Shown here in pieces: positions 1 to 9,613 of a DNA stretch of 64,000 nt. Under the pieces are notes generated by a model. The model did no database searches and was not told the origin of the DNA. It saw nothing but the letters and a program-made list of their open reading frames with translations. How positions within the stretch are numbered: position 1 is the first letter of the stretch; each line of letters opens with the position of its first letter. The position numbers and the translations under genes were made by a program. The stretch is from Giardia intestinalis. Its lineage: Eukaryota. The stretch is from assembly GCA_000002435.2 (NCBI GenBank), contig CM018793.1. One strand, given 5' to 3'.

Positions 1-1771
1 TTTCATAGCGTGTTGCTCCCTCTGGGCAGACGCATGGAACTGCCAAAATGTTGGTGCTATTATTTTTCTTTCCCTTTCCACAATCTACAGAAATATTAGT
101 AAATGGTATGTACTGAGGGATGAAGAGATCGTCTGCGCTTACCCCATCTTCCGCTGCCTTCTCCTCTGTGGATATGCACACGCCTCTTATGGACGAGAAG
201 TATGGACGAGAATGTCCATACTTAGCTAGGCAGTCGACCGGCCTGCATGACGGAATATCACCCATTTCCATGGTCTGATCACATGAGCAGGCGACTAGGC
301 ATACAAGGGTGGATGTTTGTGGAGCTGTAAATCGTATGTCTGGGTCTACACACTGTACAGGAGAGTCTATCCTCACGTAGGTTCCTGGCGCATATCCAGA
401 TACTGTCCCTAGCCAAGAGATAGTGGCTTCGCTAGTAGCCGCCTGGGACTCGCTTTCGGGCCCCGCGGCTTGGAGAAATTGTATACTACACCTTCCTGGG
501 CTCAAAGCAAGAGATTCGGCAACGATGACATTTGCCGGGCTCGTCAGCAAAAAGCTGTAGATGGCTGTCTTATCCACGTCAATGAAGTGCTTGATAGGCT
601 TTCCTGTATAAGTAAAGGACCCAACGATTGGAGAGCTCGAAATGCACCGAAGAAGCTTGACTGTCACTACTCCCGGCATCATGCCTTCGTTCCCAACTGT
701 AATGTTCAAGATGGCCTGCCTGCGGACGAGACTCACTACCGATTGAAGCACAACCGGCTTGCCTATGAGTTGTGTGAGCGTGACACTGTCTGCTGAAATG
801 TGTAGACTAAATGCCAATAGAAGAATATCATCGCTGCATGCATACTTTACGGTTTGTGCTGAATCGCCACTCATGTTACACCCCTCTACACAGTTGCAAT
901 TGCTTGGCAAATAAGGTGAATCATCCCTGTAGTTTAGTAGCTGATCGGCAGGAAACACGTCAGGGGTTGGCGGACTGCCTATGAATGTCAGCTCATTCGT
1001 CCTGGTGCTAGAGTCTGAAGCTATAACGGCTCTCTTCCAGACGCTCGGGAGCATGCCCAGTAAGTTTGTGCCACCAAACCCGACAACATCAAAAGGCACT
1101 GCCATGCTATTGAGCACTCCCTCGTTTTCCCTGTGTATCACGTAGCAGCCAAAGCAGAACATGTTATTTGTGGAGCCTGTGGAAACAACCACGGTCTGCA
1201 TGTATGAATTTCCATCTATGACAGGTCCCTTCTTGTTGTGCTCGTTGAAGATGACGTCATACTTGTTAACCGTTCCGTCTTCCTCCTCAATGGTTATGAC
1301 AGCAGTCACTGTGTATGATAAACGTGGGAGACCTGGCTTCCACACTTTGTGTGGGTCGACCTGCTGCAGTTTGCGAACCTTGTTCCCATAGGGCGTTCTT
1401 TTGCAGTGGCCGATATTTGTATCCGTGAAGTCTGGGCATCGAAGGGTAGTGATTTCTAAGGTCTCTGCAGCATTATACGCATCGAAGCGCTTGGCATAAT
1501 CTATGACTGCGCGCGCTTCCATCTTGATGAGGACCTTCACCAGGGACTTAAGCTCCCATCGACTGACAACGTGCCCATCCTTATCGACGATCTGGTAAAT
1601 CTTAGACGTGGTATAGGAAAGCTGCTTGTCGTAAGCATCTGACTTAATCTCGCCATAGATGGAGACGTACTGCTTTCCGTCAGACGTTATGATCTCACTA
1701 TTGATGCCTTGAGTCGGCTCGGTAGCAAGCGCTGACCACAAGCAAACAGCCCAAATGCACGATCTAATCAT
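1..1771 (-). CDS. Hypothetical secreted protein, partial: ATG at 1771 and the 3-prime end runs off the window start. At least 590 aa with an N-terminal signal-peptide-like MIRSCIWAVCLWSALA. It is absent from the ORF track because there is no in-window stop.
   Basis: Manual reverse-complement translation from ATG (rc of cat at 1769-1771) gives an uninterrupted frame to position 2. N-terminus is hydrophobic, there are several NxS/T sites, and an AT-rich leader precedes the ATG. Confidence 0.55.
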   Translation of the reverse strand, partial: MIRSCIWAVCLWSALATEPTQGINSEIITSDGKQYVSIYGEIKSDAYDKQLSYTTSKIYQIVDKDGHVVSRWELKSLVKVLIKMEARAVIDYAKRFDAYNAAETLEITTLRCPDFTDTNIGHCKRTPYGNKVRKLQQVDPHKVWKPGLPRLSYTVTAVITIEEEDGTVNKYDVIFNEHNKKGPVIDGNSYMQTVVVSTGSTNNMFCFGCYVIHRENEGVLNSMAVPFDVVGFGGTNLLGMLPSVWKRAVIASDSSTRTNELTFIGSPPTPDVFPADQLLNYRDDSPYLPSNCNCVEGCNMSGDSAQTVKYACSDDILLLAFSLHISADSVTLTQLIGKPVVLQSVVSLVRRQAILNITVGNEGMMPGVVTVKLLRCISSSPIVGSFTYTGKPIKHFIDVDKTAIYSFLLTSPANVIVAESLALSPGRCSIQFLQAAGPESESQAATSEATISWLGTVSGYAPGTYVRIDSPVQCVDPDIRFTAPQTSTLVCLVACSCDQTMEMGDIPSCRPVDCLAKYGHSRPYFSSIRGVCISTEEKAAEDGVSADDLFIPQYIPFTNISVDCGKGKKNNSTNILAVPCVCPEGATRYE

Positions 1772-2051
1772 ATAGTAACTATTTGCAGATCCACACGCTC
1801 ACCCGTCCATAGCGGTTCGTTTCCGGATTGCTCGTTTCCAGTTGTAAATTAATTTAAAGTGAATTCTTCTCAAGTTTTTACGCGGTGTCGAGAATGATGA
1901 GACGTGTTCCTCTCTCCTACAGACTCCCTGGGGATGCTATGTACACCTTACTGATTTACTTTCCTTTTCTCAAGGGCCATTGTGTCGTGCCATTGTGTTT
2001 TTGCGGGGCTTAGTGGTTCCCAGTGCAGTCGCCCGGATCCGGCAGGACCTA

Positions 2052-3251
2052 CTACTCTCTATCATCGTGCTTGAACCCAAACTCAGAGAGAGCAATCTCG
2101 AGAGCCTTGATCCCTTCGATGTATTCTTTCACTGCCTCGGAGTCAAGGAAGTAGCGGCGGGGGGTCATGACCTCCGTTGCGAGGATTTCTGCGGTGGCAG
2201 TCGCGCTGCGTGTGTCGTATTCTTTGCCGCGCAGAAGTTCGTCGCGCCTCATAGTGAAGAATTTGATGATGTTCGTGGCCTTGTAGAGGGCCAGCTTGTA
2301 CTCACTGGTGCCACTGTTGGTCCCGTGCTTGGCGGGGAGTGATTGCATACTTGTAGACCCATCGACACCGTCTACCTGCTCAAGAACAGCTCCGAGCCCG
2401 GTGCTTTGCTGAAGTTTCTGGGTTGTTTCTTGTATCAAGCTCCGAATTCCTGTGTGTGCAGCGCGTATTATCTGTGTCTTATCGTGCAAATCTCGAGATT
2501 GCTCGATTTTAAAACGCTCTATGTTGTCCAAGAGATCAGCCTCTCTTTCGTTAAGGATCTTCCGGAGGCGCTCAAAGCCTTCTCGAGTGCGGGATCGGAC
2601 AAGCTCAACGCTCTCGTTAAGCTCATCTGTAGACACTTTTAGGCTTTCGAGGGCCTGCTCCAAGTCAGAGCTCTTCTGCTGAAGAAGATCGAGGGCAGAA
2701 GACATTTCCAAGCGAACCACGGACAGCCCCTTGGCGACACTCTGAACAATGTGGTCCGGCCCAGGTGGATGGGAGCCGCTGACAATGCAATAAATACAGC
2801 ACAGCTCTTGGCACGTGGCGCAAATGTGCGTCGTCACTTCTGCTTCATGGTACTTGCACATGACAGGAGGCATGTAGTCCAATGCACTGACGCGCTCATG
2901 CCTTACAAAGAGTTTGTTATGGTGGATATTAGCTTCGCATCGACTACAAAGCCAGCCTTGGCAGTTCAAGCAGAACACGGATGCCCCTGCCTCTTGACAG
3001 CTGTCGCAGAGGTGCTGCTTTCCCACAGACCTCTGTGATGTTGCGCCAGATATTAAATTACCAAAGCCCGATGCTGAAATATGCGGTTCAGCAAGATCCT
3101 CGGGCATTTTTGCCTTGGATGCCACGCGCTTCTGGGTCGGTCTGGGCGGCGAACCCTTAGTCTGCGCAAGGGGCATGATGCTCTCATAGCTTTCAGAGTG
3201 GCTTCCAGGAGACTGCCGATCAACAGACGAACGCGTCCTCGCGGCTTGCAT
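2052..3251 (-). CDS. B-box zinc-finger / coiled-coil protein (TRIM-like, no RING seen)
   Basis: Two B-box-like Cys/His clusters (CDSCQ...FCLNCQGWLCSRCEANIHHNKLFVRH; CKYHEAEVTTHICATCQELCCIYC...H) followed by a long heptad-rich coiled-coil segment. True ATG at 3251 with an AT-rich leader. Confidence 0.6.
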   Translation of the reverse strand: MQAARTRSSVDRQSPGSHSESYESIMPLAQTKGSPPRPTQKRVASKAKMPEDLAEPHISASGFGNLISGATSQRSVGKQHLCDSCQEAGASVFCLNCQGWLCSRCEANIHHNKLFVRHERVSALDYMPPVMCKYHEAEVTTHICATCQELCCIYCIVSGSHPPGPDHIVQSVAKGLSVVRLEMSSALDLLQQKSSDLEQALESLKVSTDELNESVELVRSRTREGFERLRKILNEREADLLDNIERFKIEQSRDLHDKTQIIRAAHTGIRSLIQETTQKLQQSTGLGAVLEQVDGVDGSTSMQSLPAKHGTNSGTSEYKLALYKATNIIKFFTMRRDELLRGKEYDTRSATATAEILATEVMTPRRYFLDSEAVKEYIEGIKALEIALSEFGFKHDDRE

Positions 3252-3285
3252 TAAAATTCAAAATTCTTGGTTAAATGAAGTTAGA

Positions 3286-3672
3286 ATGAAGTTTGTACCT
3301 CATGAACGAGGCGGCCTGGGGCCAGATCTAGACCGTGAATGCACACGTGAAGCTCGCGAGAAGCGGACAAAACAACAGGAGTATGCAAGGCGTCTCCGCG
3401 AAACGATCCAGGATCTTCCCAAGCGGGTGGAGAAGCCTCCACGCAAAACGGAGGCCGAGTTGAAACGCGAGAGGCAGCAGGAGTATGCGAAGAACATACC
3501 AAGACCAGCTGTACGTCCTCAAACTGACAGAGAAACCATTTCCCTCCCTCCTCTTAGAAAGTCTACAACACAGGAAGAGAGGCCCATTGTAAAGCTGATG
3601 GACATGCTTGAGCAGCACGACAAGATGCTGAAAGAGTGCGCAGAAATCTACGCATACTTCGGCCTGCAGTGA
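3286..3672 (+). CDS. Small basic K/R/E-rich hypothetical protein (128 aa)
   Basis: ATG at 3286 preceded by an AT-rich leader. It is divergent from the B-box gene with only about 34 bp between the two start codons. Highly charged composition. Confidence 0.45.
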   Translation: MKFVPHERGGLGPDLDRECTREAREKRTKQQEYARRLRETIQDLPKRVEKPPRKTEAELKRERQQEYAKNIPRPAVRPQTDRETISLPPLRKSTTQEERPIVKLMDMLEQHDKMLKECAEIYAYFGLQ

Positions 3673-3689
3673 GGCTACAGCTCGGTCAA

Positions 3690-5537
3690 CTAGGGCTCCA
3701 TTATATACCCTTTAGTGTACGTCATTGTGAGAACTATAATCCCGCAAATCAATACTGTTGCAGCAATACTCGCAGAAATAAGTCCACTTTCAAAGTAACT
3801 TTCTTTTATAAATATGTATTGATACTCCTTGTGAATATCCGCAGCGGGCGCTCCAGAGTCAGTGGGGCGGAAGGAAGTCTCGGCATATACGCCGGTACCG
3901 TTTTTGTAAGCTTCCAGGACACTTTTCAGCTTGCTAGAACAGCTTCCTGTCACGTAGTACTCGATATCCTGCTTAGGAACGTTTTCAGACGAGTATACTC
4001 CCCGCTGATACATTGTATCGCAAGTAAATACTAGTTCTTTGCCCCTCTTGTACTCTGTCTCCCCAGACATTCGCACAAAAAGCCTTTCCAAAGTGATTGC
4101 TGAAATGCTAGTGCCAGAGTGGATGTAGATGTCTAAAGTAACTTCTGTCATGCCCTCAGCAACGGGGCATTCCGCCGGGGATCTTCCGATGGGTCGTAAT
4201 ATGGCCAAATTAGTTGCCACGACAAGGGTAGCCCTGGAAAAGCATGTTCGCTGAACACTCCCAGGATAGGGAATAATGGTCTCGGGAAGAGCTTTTCCTG
4301 AAAAGTACTGTAAGGTGAATGAACCTGTCAACGACAGATTGCCAGCCAGCAGCCTATTCATATCTCTGAGGCATGTAACAGTGGTGCATGGAAGGAACTG
4401 CTTTGTCCGTTTGAATGTAAAGTTTGAATTTTCGAGGGATATCCTAATAGTAGGTGCAAGTAACGAGGTGTCCTGTGCAGTTGTAAGCTCTCCGCAGACG
4501 ATGATTTTATGGTAGTCTATTAGGTCGTTGCAGATTGAAGCGGAATCACGTTCAAGAAGCACAGCGAGGACCCCAAAGTAGACCTGCACTATAACAGACT
4601 TATAGCACTTAGAGTACCCTGCGCTGGCCTTGACAGCAGAGACAATCCCTGCTTGAGCAACTGTGCTTGGGGTCACCACTTCTACCTGAGGATCTGAAGA
4701 TGAGACCGCTGTGGGGGTCTTCGACTTTGTCGTACCAGGAATGGGCACATAGACAATCAAGGTTGCAGACCACGCTGTCTCCACCTTGAGGATATCAATA
4801 AGCTCTATGCATCTATCGTATTTGTTTGAATTAGTAAGCCAGTCGTTACCAGGGTAGCGAACCCCGTTGCATGAGTAGCAAAATTGAGTTACTAAATTAT
4901 GGGTATACGGTCTGATAAAGTTGGGTAGTTGAGCATTTGTGCCATGGGATGATAATGTTATGTTTAGATAAGCATCCGGTAGTGTATCCAGATGAATCAA
5001 CATGAAGGCCTCATAAGTATTCTGCAAATTAGTGTCCTTGGGCAGGTCGCAGTCCGAAGGAGTCACTAAAAAGCATATCTCCTTATTGAAATAATCCACC
5101 GAGACCCTAGGATCCGTCCAGCAAGCAGAGTTATTCGTGAGAGTGTAGTAGACATTGGTTGTTACTAACGAGACCTTCGAGCTAGCGTAGTTGAGTTCCA
5201 CCTGGACCACTGTAGACCCAGTGAGATTTGTCTGGCAATCTGAAGTGGCTGTTTTATCTGTTGGACAGGTAAATGTTAGTAAGTTAGGCTGCTCCATACT
5301 CCAAAACGGAACACTTATCGATGAAAATGTGTACGACCCTACCATGGCAGTGGCCGTCATCCCTGTTGTGCCCTGGAGGATGGAGCAGTCGGCGGTCTGG
5401 TGATTTAGTGGCAGCGGCCAGACTGTAATTGCTAATGAATGCTTGTTAAGCAAAATATTAACGGTGGTGTTGGGGGAAAAGCAGCTTAGAGCACTTATGG
5501 TGGCAAACAGGCCCTTTAAAGCCAAGAAGATGAGCAT
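3690..5537 (-). CDS. Hypothetical type I membrane glycoprotein-like protein (615 aa)
   Basis: Real ATG at 5537. N-terminal signal peptide (MLIFLALKGLFATISALS), many NxT/S sites, and a single C-terminal TM (LISASIAATVLICGIIVLTM) with a short tail. Confidence 0.55.
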   Translation of the reverse strand: MLIFLALKGLFATISALSCFSPNTTVNILLNKHSLAITVWPLPLNHQTADCSILQGTTGMTATAMVGSYTFSSISVPFWSMEQPNLLTFTCPTDKTATSDCQTNLTGSTVVQVELNYASSKVSLVTTNVYYTLTNNSACWTDPRVSVDYFNKEICFLVTPSDCDLPKDTNLQNTYEAFMLIHLDTLPDAYLNITLSSHGTNAQLPNFIRPYTHNLVTQFCYSCNGVRYPGNDWLTNSNKYDRCIELIDILKVETAWSATLIVYVPIPGTTKSKTPTAVSSSDPQVEVVTPSTVAQAGIVSAVKASAGYSKCYKSVIVQVYFGVLAVLLERDSASICNDLIDYHKIIVCGELTTAQDTSLLAPTIRISLENSNFTFKRTKQFLPCTTVTCLRDMNRLLAGNLSLTGSFTLQYFSGKALPETIIPYPGSVQRTCFSRATLVVATNLAILRPIGRSPAECPVAEGMTEVTLDIYIHSGTSISAITLERLFVRMSGETEYKRGKELVFTCDTMYQRGVYSSENVPKQDIEYYVTGSCSSKLKSVLEAYKNGTGVYAETSFRPTDSGAPAADIHKEYQYIFIKESYFESGLISASIAATVLICGIIVLTMTYTKGYIMEP

Positions 5538-5860
5538 AAGAGGGGTTTTTTGAAATCACTTATGCCAAGTAAACGGTCTCCGGAGGAGTGGAAGCAAACA
5601 GATTGATGCGTTGCTCTACAAGGCAGGCACTTCTGTGGTACTTTTGTAGCGGCACTTAAGGCCACATTCCTCGGCTATTGCCTGCTACTTTTTGGAAAAA
5701 ATCATTATCCCCTCCCCTCAGTCATCTGGGCACACGCACCTCAGAGCAACATGAAGAAAGCGAAATACTAGGAACGCCATTCAACATGCAATTAGGTATT
5801 TTAAAAACCTTATCGAAATTAAATTAAAATTTGGGAATACAAAGCCAAATCGCAAAAGCC

Positions 5861-8635
5861 ATGTTCTCCCATGAGGTTGCCCTTAGCAGCAAGCCGCCAA
5901 TTTCCCCTCAGAAGCCCGTGAACCCCCGTGTAGCTGCGCTCCTCGTTGAGCAGGACTCAATCGGGCACGGCAAGGCTATCGCGAATACGCTACTGGCTGA
6001 TAACAGCCAGGCCATGGGGACGTGCATCGGGTCGTTGCAGTTTCACAACATGTTCCAGGTACCCTCTAAGATAAAGGAGGACACCATTCAGAGCAACATC
6101 ATCAGCTTCATAAAGTATCACCTGGGGCGTGACTCCACCACTATAGACACCTTTGGAATGTTCCAGGCTACCTCGATATCGATTCGCAACACCCTTATTG
6201 ACAACTGGCGCAAGACTCTACAGCACCAGACCGCTACAAAGGCGCGCACGGTTAACTATCTCAGCTTGGAGTTTCTGATGGGCCGCGCTCTGACCAACAC
6301 GCTCTACAATTTGGAGTTGGGCCATGTTTATAAAAATGCCCTCAAGGACCTCGGCTTTACCATCGAGGCTCTCCAGCAGGAGGAGTCCGACGCGGCCCTT
6401 GGAAACGGTGGTCTTGGCCGTCTAGCAGCGTGCTTTATCGATTCCATGGCGTCTATGGACATTGCTTCGTACGGGTATGGCATCCGCTACAGTTATGGAA
6501 TGTTCAAGCAAACCATTAGAGATGGGTGTCAAGAGGAGTTCCCAGACTATTGGCTGACACACGGCAGCGAACCGTTCCCCATAATCGAGCGTCTCGACAA
6601 GGACTACACCGTGCGCTTCTACGGTTATTCTAGCAGTGAGCCAGATGTCAAGAACCCTAAGCGCAAGCTTTTCAGATGGGAAGGGGGCGAAACTGTCCGC
6701 GCCATAGCTCACGATTGCCTTTGCCCTGGGCATCACACAACCAACGTATCTAACATCAGGCTTTGGAGTGCCCAGGCTAGCTGTGACTTCAATCTGGCCG
6801 CCCATAGTAGCGGGGACTATTACTCCTCCATCCGCGAGCGCATGGAGAGCGAAAACATCTCCTTTGTACTGTATCCGTCTGACAGTACGGACAGCGGAAA
6901 ACTCTTGCGACTTAAGCAGGAGTACTTCTTCGTCTCTGCCTCTCTGCAGGATATGATCTACCGCTGCAAGAATATGGGCTGCAGTGTTCATGACTTCCAC
7001 AAATACTTCGCGATCCAGCTGAACGATACACATCCTGCTCTGGGCATTCCCGAGCTCATGCGCTTGTTGATGGACGAGGAACGTCTCGAATGGTCGGAAG
7101 CCTGGACAATCGTCAGCAACACCTTCTGTTACACAAACCACACAGTTCTTCCTGAGGCTCTCGAAAAGTGGAATCTCGGAATCATTGCAAAGCTCCTCCC
7201 CAGACATACAGAGATCATATTTGAAATCAACCGTCGCTTTATTGATGAGTTGAGAAAGATCCACAAATGTCCAGACGATGTTATCTCGAAGCTCTCGATA
7301 TTTGAAGAATGCGGAGGATCCAAGAAGGTGCGCATGGCCAACCTTAGCATTATAGGCTCATACAAAGTTAATGGAGTGGCGGCTCTCCACACGGAGATCA
7401 TCCGGAACACGCTCTTCAAGGAGTTCAATGATCTCTATCCCAACAAGATTGTCAATGTCACTAACGGAGTCACACCGCGTAGATGGGTTGCGCAGGCGAA
7501 CCCGCTTCTGTCTCACTATCTCACCAAGCACCTGAAGGAGCATAAGATAGCGGAGTCTGAGCACGAGTGGCTCAGTAATATGCAGCTGCTCACCTCGCTT
7601 GTGGAGCCTCTATCTAAGGATTCTCATGCAATAGCTGAGCTTTTGGAGATCAAGAGGCATAACAAGCAACGCCTGGCAAACTACATCCAGAGGCATGTGA
7701 GCTCTGAGTATACGTTCGACCGTCCGATTCCCACCACAATGATCTTCGATACCCAAGTGAAGCGTATCCATGAGTACAAGCGCCAGCTTCTGAACATTCT
7801 TCAAGCCATCCATTTCTATTTGACCCTCAAGCAGATGCACACGCACGAGGAGAAGGAGGCGTTCATGGGATCAGGGGTTTGCAAGATATTTGCTGGTAAG
7901 GCTGCATCGGCCTATGTGACTGCAAAGCGCATCATCAAACTCATAAACAATGTGTCGAAGCGCATAAATAACGATCCGGATACATGCAATTACTTGCAAG
8001 TCTACTTTTTACCGAACTATAACGTGTCATCGGCGGAGATAATATTCCCGGGCACAGACCTTTCCGAGCAAATCTCTACAGCAGGCGCTGAGGCTTCGGG
8101 CACAGGAAATATGAAGGCCTGCATGAACGGCGGAGTTATTGTCGGCACGATGGATGGCGCCAATGTCGAGATCTACAACCATGTGGGCGAGGAGAACATC
8201 TTTATCTTTGGTGCAGACACTAATACCGTTACGGAAGTGAGAGAGCAGTACTCGCAGGGCCGTCGCTTGCAGATATCTACGAGCTTGAATGAGGTCCTTG
8301 ACTGCATTGAGTCTGGCTTCTTCGGTGGCCTAGACGACTACAACACGCACTTCAAGCCCCTCGTAGACATGATCAGAGCGGGCAATGACTGGTATCTTGT
8401 GAGCGTCGACTTCGAAAGCTACAACGAGTGCTACCAGACTCAGATTGTGCCTCTGTTCCGTGATAAGAAGACCTGGGGGAAGATGGCACTAAACAACTGC
8501 CTCCGCATGTCATACTTCAGCAGTGACCGCTCCATCCGCGACTACTGCGAGAAGATTTGGAATGTGGAGCCCTGCAACCCGGACAGCAGTGTTGGTTCCT
8601 GCCTGGCTGGGGTGCCCTTGAACAGAAGTGCCTAG
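5861..8635 (+). CDS. Glycogen phosphorylase (GT35 family)
   Basis: Pyridoxal-phosphate lysine motif EASGTGNMK, conserved phosphorylase core throughout, about 924 aa. The ORF-track start at 5831 is TTG; the first ATG is 5861, with an AT-rich leader. Confidence 0.95.
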   Translation: MFSHEVALSSKPPISPQKPVNPRVAALLVEQDSIGHGKAIANTLLADNSQAMGTCIGSLQFHNMFQVPSKIKEDTIQSNIISFIKYHLGRDSTTIDTFGMFQATSISIRNTLIDNWRKTLQHQTATKARTVNYLSLEFLMGRALTNTLYNLELGHVYKNALKDLGFTIEALQQEESDAALGNGGLGRLAACFIDSMASMDIASYGYGIRYSYGMFKQTIRDGCQEEFPDYWLTHGSEPFPIIERLDKDYTVRFYGYSSSEPDVKNPKRKLFRWEGGETVRAIAHDCLCPGHHTTNVSNIRLWSAQASCDFNLAAHSSGDYYSSIRERMESENISFVLYPSDSTDSGKLLRLKQEYFFVSASLQDMIYRCKNMGCSVHDFHKYFAIQLNDTHPALGIPELMRLLMDEERLEWSEAWTIVSNTFCYTNHTVLPEALEKWNLGIIAKLLPRHTEIIFEINRRFIDELRKIHKCPDDVISKLSIFEECGGSKKVRMANLSIIGSYKVNGVAALHTEIIRNTLFKEFNDLYPNKIVNVTNGVTPRRWVAQANPLLSHYLTKHLKEHKIAESEHEWLSNMQLLTSLVEPLSKDSHAIAELLEIKRHNKQRLANYIQRHVSSEYTFDRPIPTTMIFDTQVKRIHEYKRQLLNILQAIHFYLTLKQMHTHEEKEAFMGSGVCKIFAGKAASAYVTAKRIIKLINNVSKRINNDPDTCNYLQVYFLPNYNVSSAEIIFPGTDLSEQISTAGAEASGTGNMKACMNGGVIVGTMDGANVEIYNHVGEENIFIFGADTNTVTEVREQYSQGRRLQISTSLNEVLDCIESGFFGGLDDYNTHFKPLVDMIRAGNDWYLVSVDFESYNECYQTQIVPLFRDKKTWGKMALNNCLRMSYFSSDRSIRDYCEKIWNVEPCNPDSSVGSCLAGVPLNRSA

Positions 8636-8780
8636 GTGCGTTTGAAGTTTGCGCGTATAGGCGGGGCAGACGTAAATACTTTTGTTAGCACTCTTTATTT
8701 ATATATGCCTCCAAGTCTGCGAAGTTTCTGCGCGTTGGGCTCGCATTGCGAAAGATGTCGTGGTATAAAAATAATTACAC

Positions 8781-9593
8781 ATGCCAACCCCCGATGTGGT
8801 GCAAGTTGACATCCCCGCAGAAGCCAATCCCGACGGCTACAGTGAGCTGATGTGGTTCCGAGCGCGGATCAATGCAATCTCCGGAGTCCACTTCTTAAAT
8901 CTCATCCTGATTGTTATTGGATTTGCAGTGAGCATAGCATCTCTTGCTTTAGGAGTACAGTTCACCACGGTGCTACCCTTGCTGGCATTCGCAGGGGGCT
9001 TCTTTTGCAATATCTTTATTAATTATATAACACTATTCCTATCCACGCCTCTATTTCTTATTGTCGTTATCTACGGAATCTATAGTCTAAGCCTCTTTAT
9101 CTTGTTTGCTATCTCATCTGGCATAGGATCCTTTTCGTCGAAAGAGCTCGCTGCATTTGTGTTGGACATATGCTTGCTTCCGTTGGGCATTACCTTAGTT
9201 GTGTTAAACTTAGTGGTGCGCCGGCTGATTATCAAGACCATGGAGCACGTAATGCCCAATGCGCCTTTGCCAGGCACTGCCCTTCGGTACTCCTACACGA
9301 AGGCATACACGAAGATGAAGTCGATGAACGATGAAGCATACATTATTCTGGGGCATAGCGACATTGGAGAACAGTGTCAGCCCTTAGTAATAGCTGCCCC
9401 CGAAGAAAGCCATAAGCCAGTATTGCGAGAATTTGAAAAAGACCGGCGCAAGGGAATAATTCGCTCTGGAGGCATAGGGATTTTAAGGGGCTCACACAAA
9501 AATATAAACCCGGAGGCAATATCGTACCGCTATATGGCAAAGACGTTTCTGCCTCTAGGCTCTGACTTTGTCCCATCAGGTGTTATAAAATAA
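8781..9593 (+). CDS. Hypothetical multi-pass membrane protein (270 aa)
   Basis: ATG at 8781 preceded by tataaaaataattacac. At least 4 hydrophobic TM-like segments in the N-terminal two thirds. Confidence 0.5.
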   Translation: MPTPDVVQVDIPAEANPDGYSELMWFRARINAISGVHFLNLILIVIGFAVSIASLALGVQFTTVLPLLAFAGGFFCNIFINYITLFLSTPLFLIVVIYGIYSLSLFILFAISSGIGSFSSKELAAFVLDICLLPLGITLVVLNLVVRRLIIKTMEHVMPNAPLPGTALRYSYTKAYTKMKSMNDEAYIILGHSDIGEQCQPLVIAAPEESHKPVLREFEKDRRKGIIRSGGIGILRGSHKNINPEAISYRYMAKTFLPLGSDFVPSGVIK

Positions 9594-9613
9594 GCAAAAA
9601 CGTCAAAGATAGC

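Noticed and set aside
6422-7428. Minus-strand ORFs of 280 aa and 99 aa inside the glycogen phosphorylase gene
   Set aside because: They are antisense to a gene with unambiguous conserved motifs and have no features of their own.
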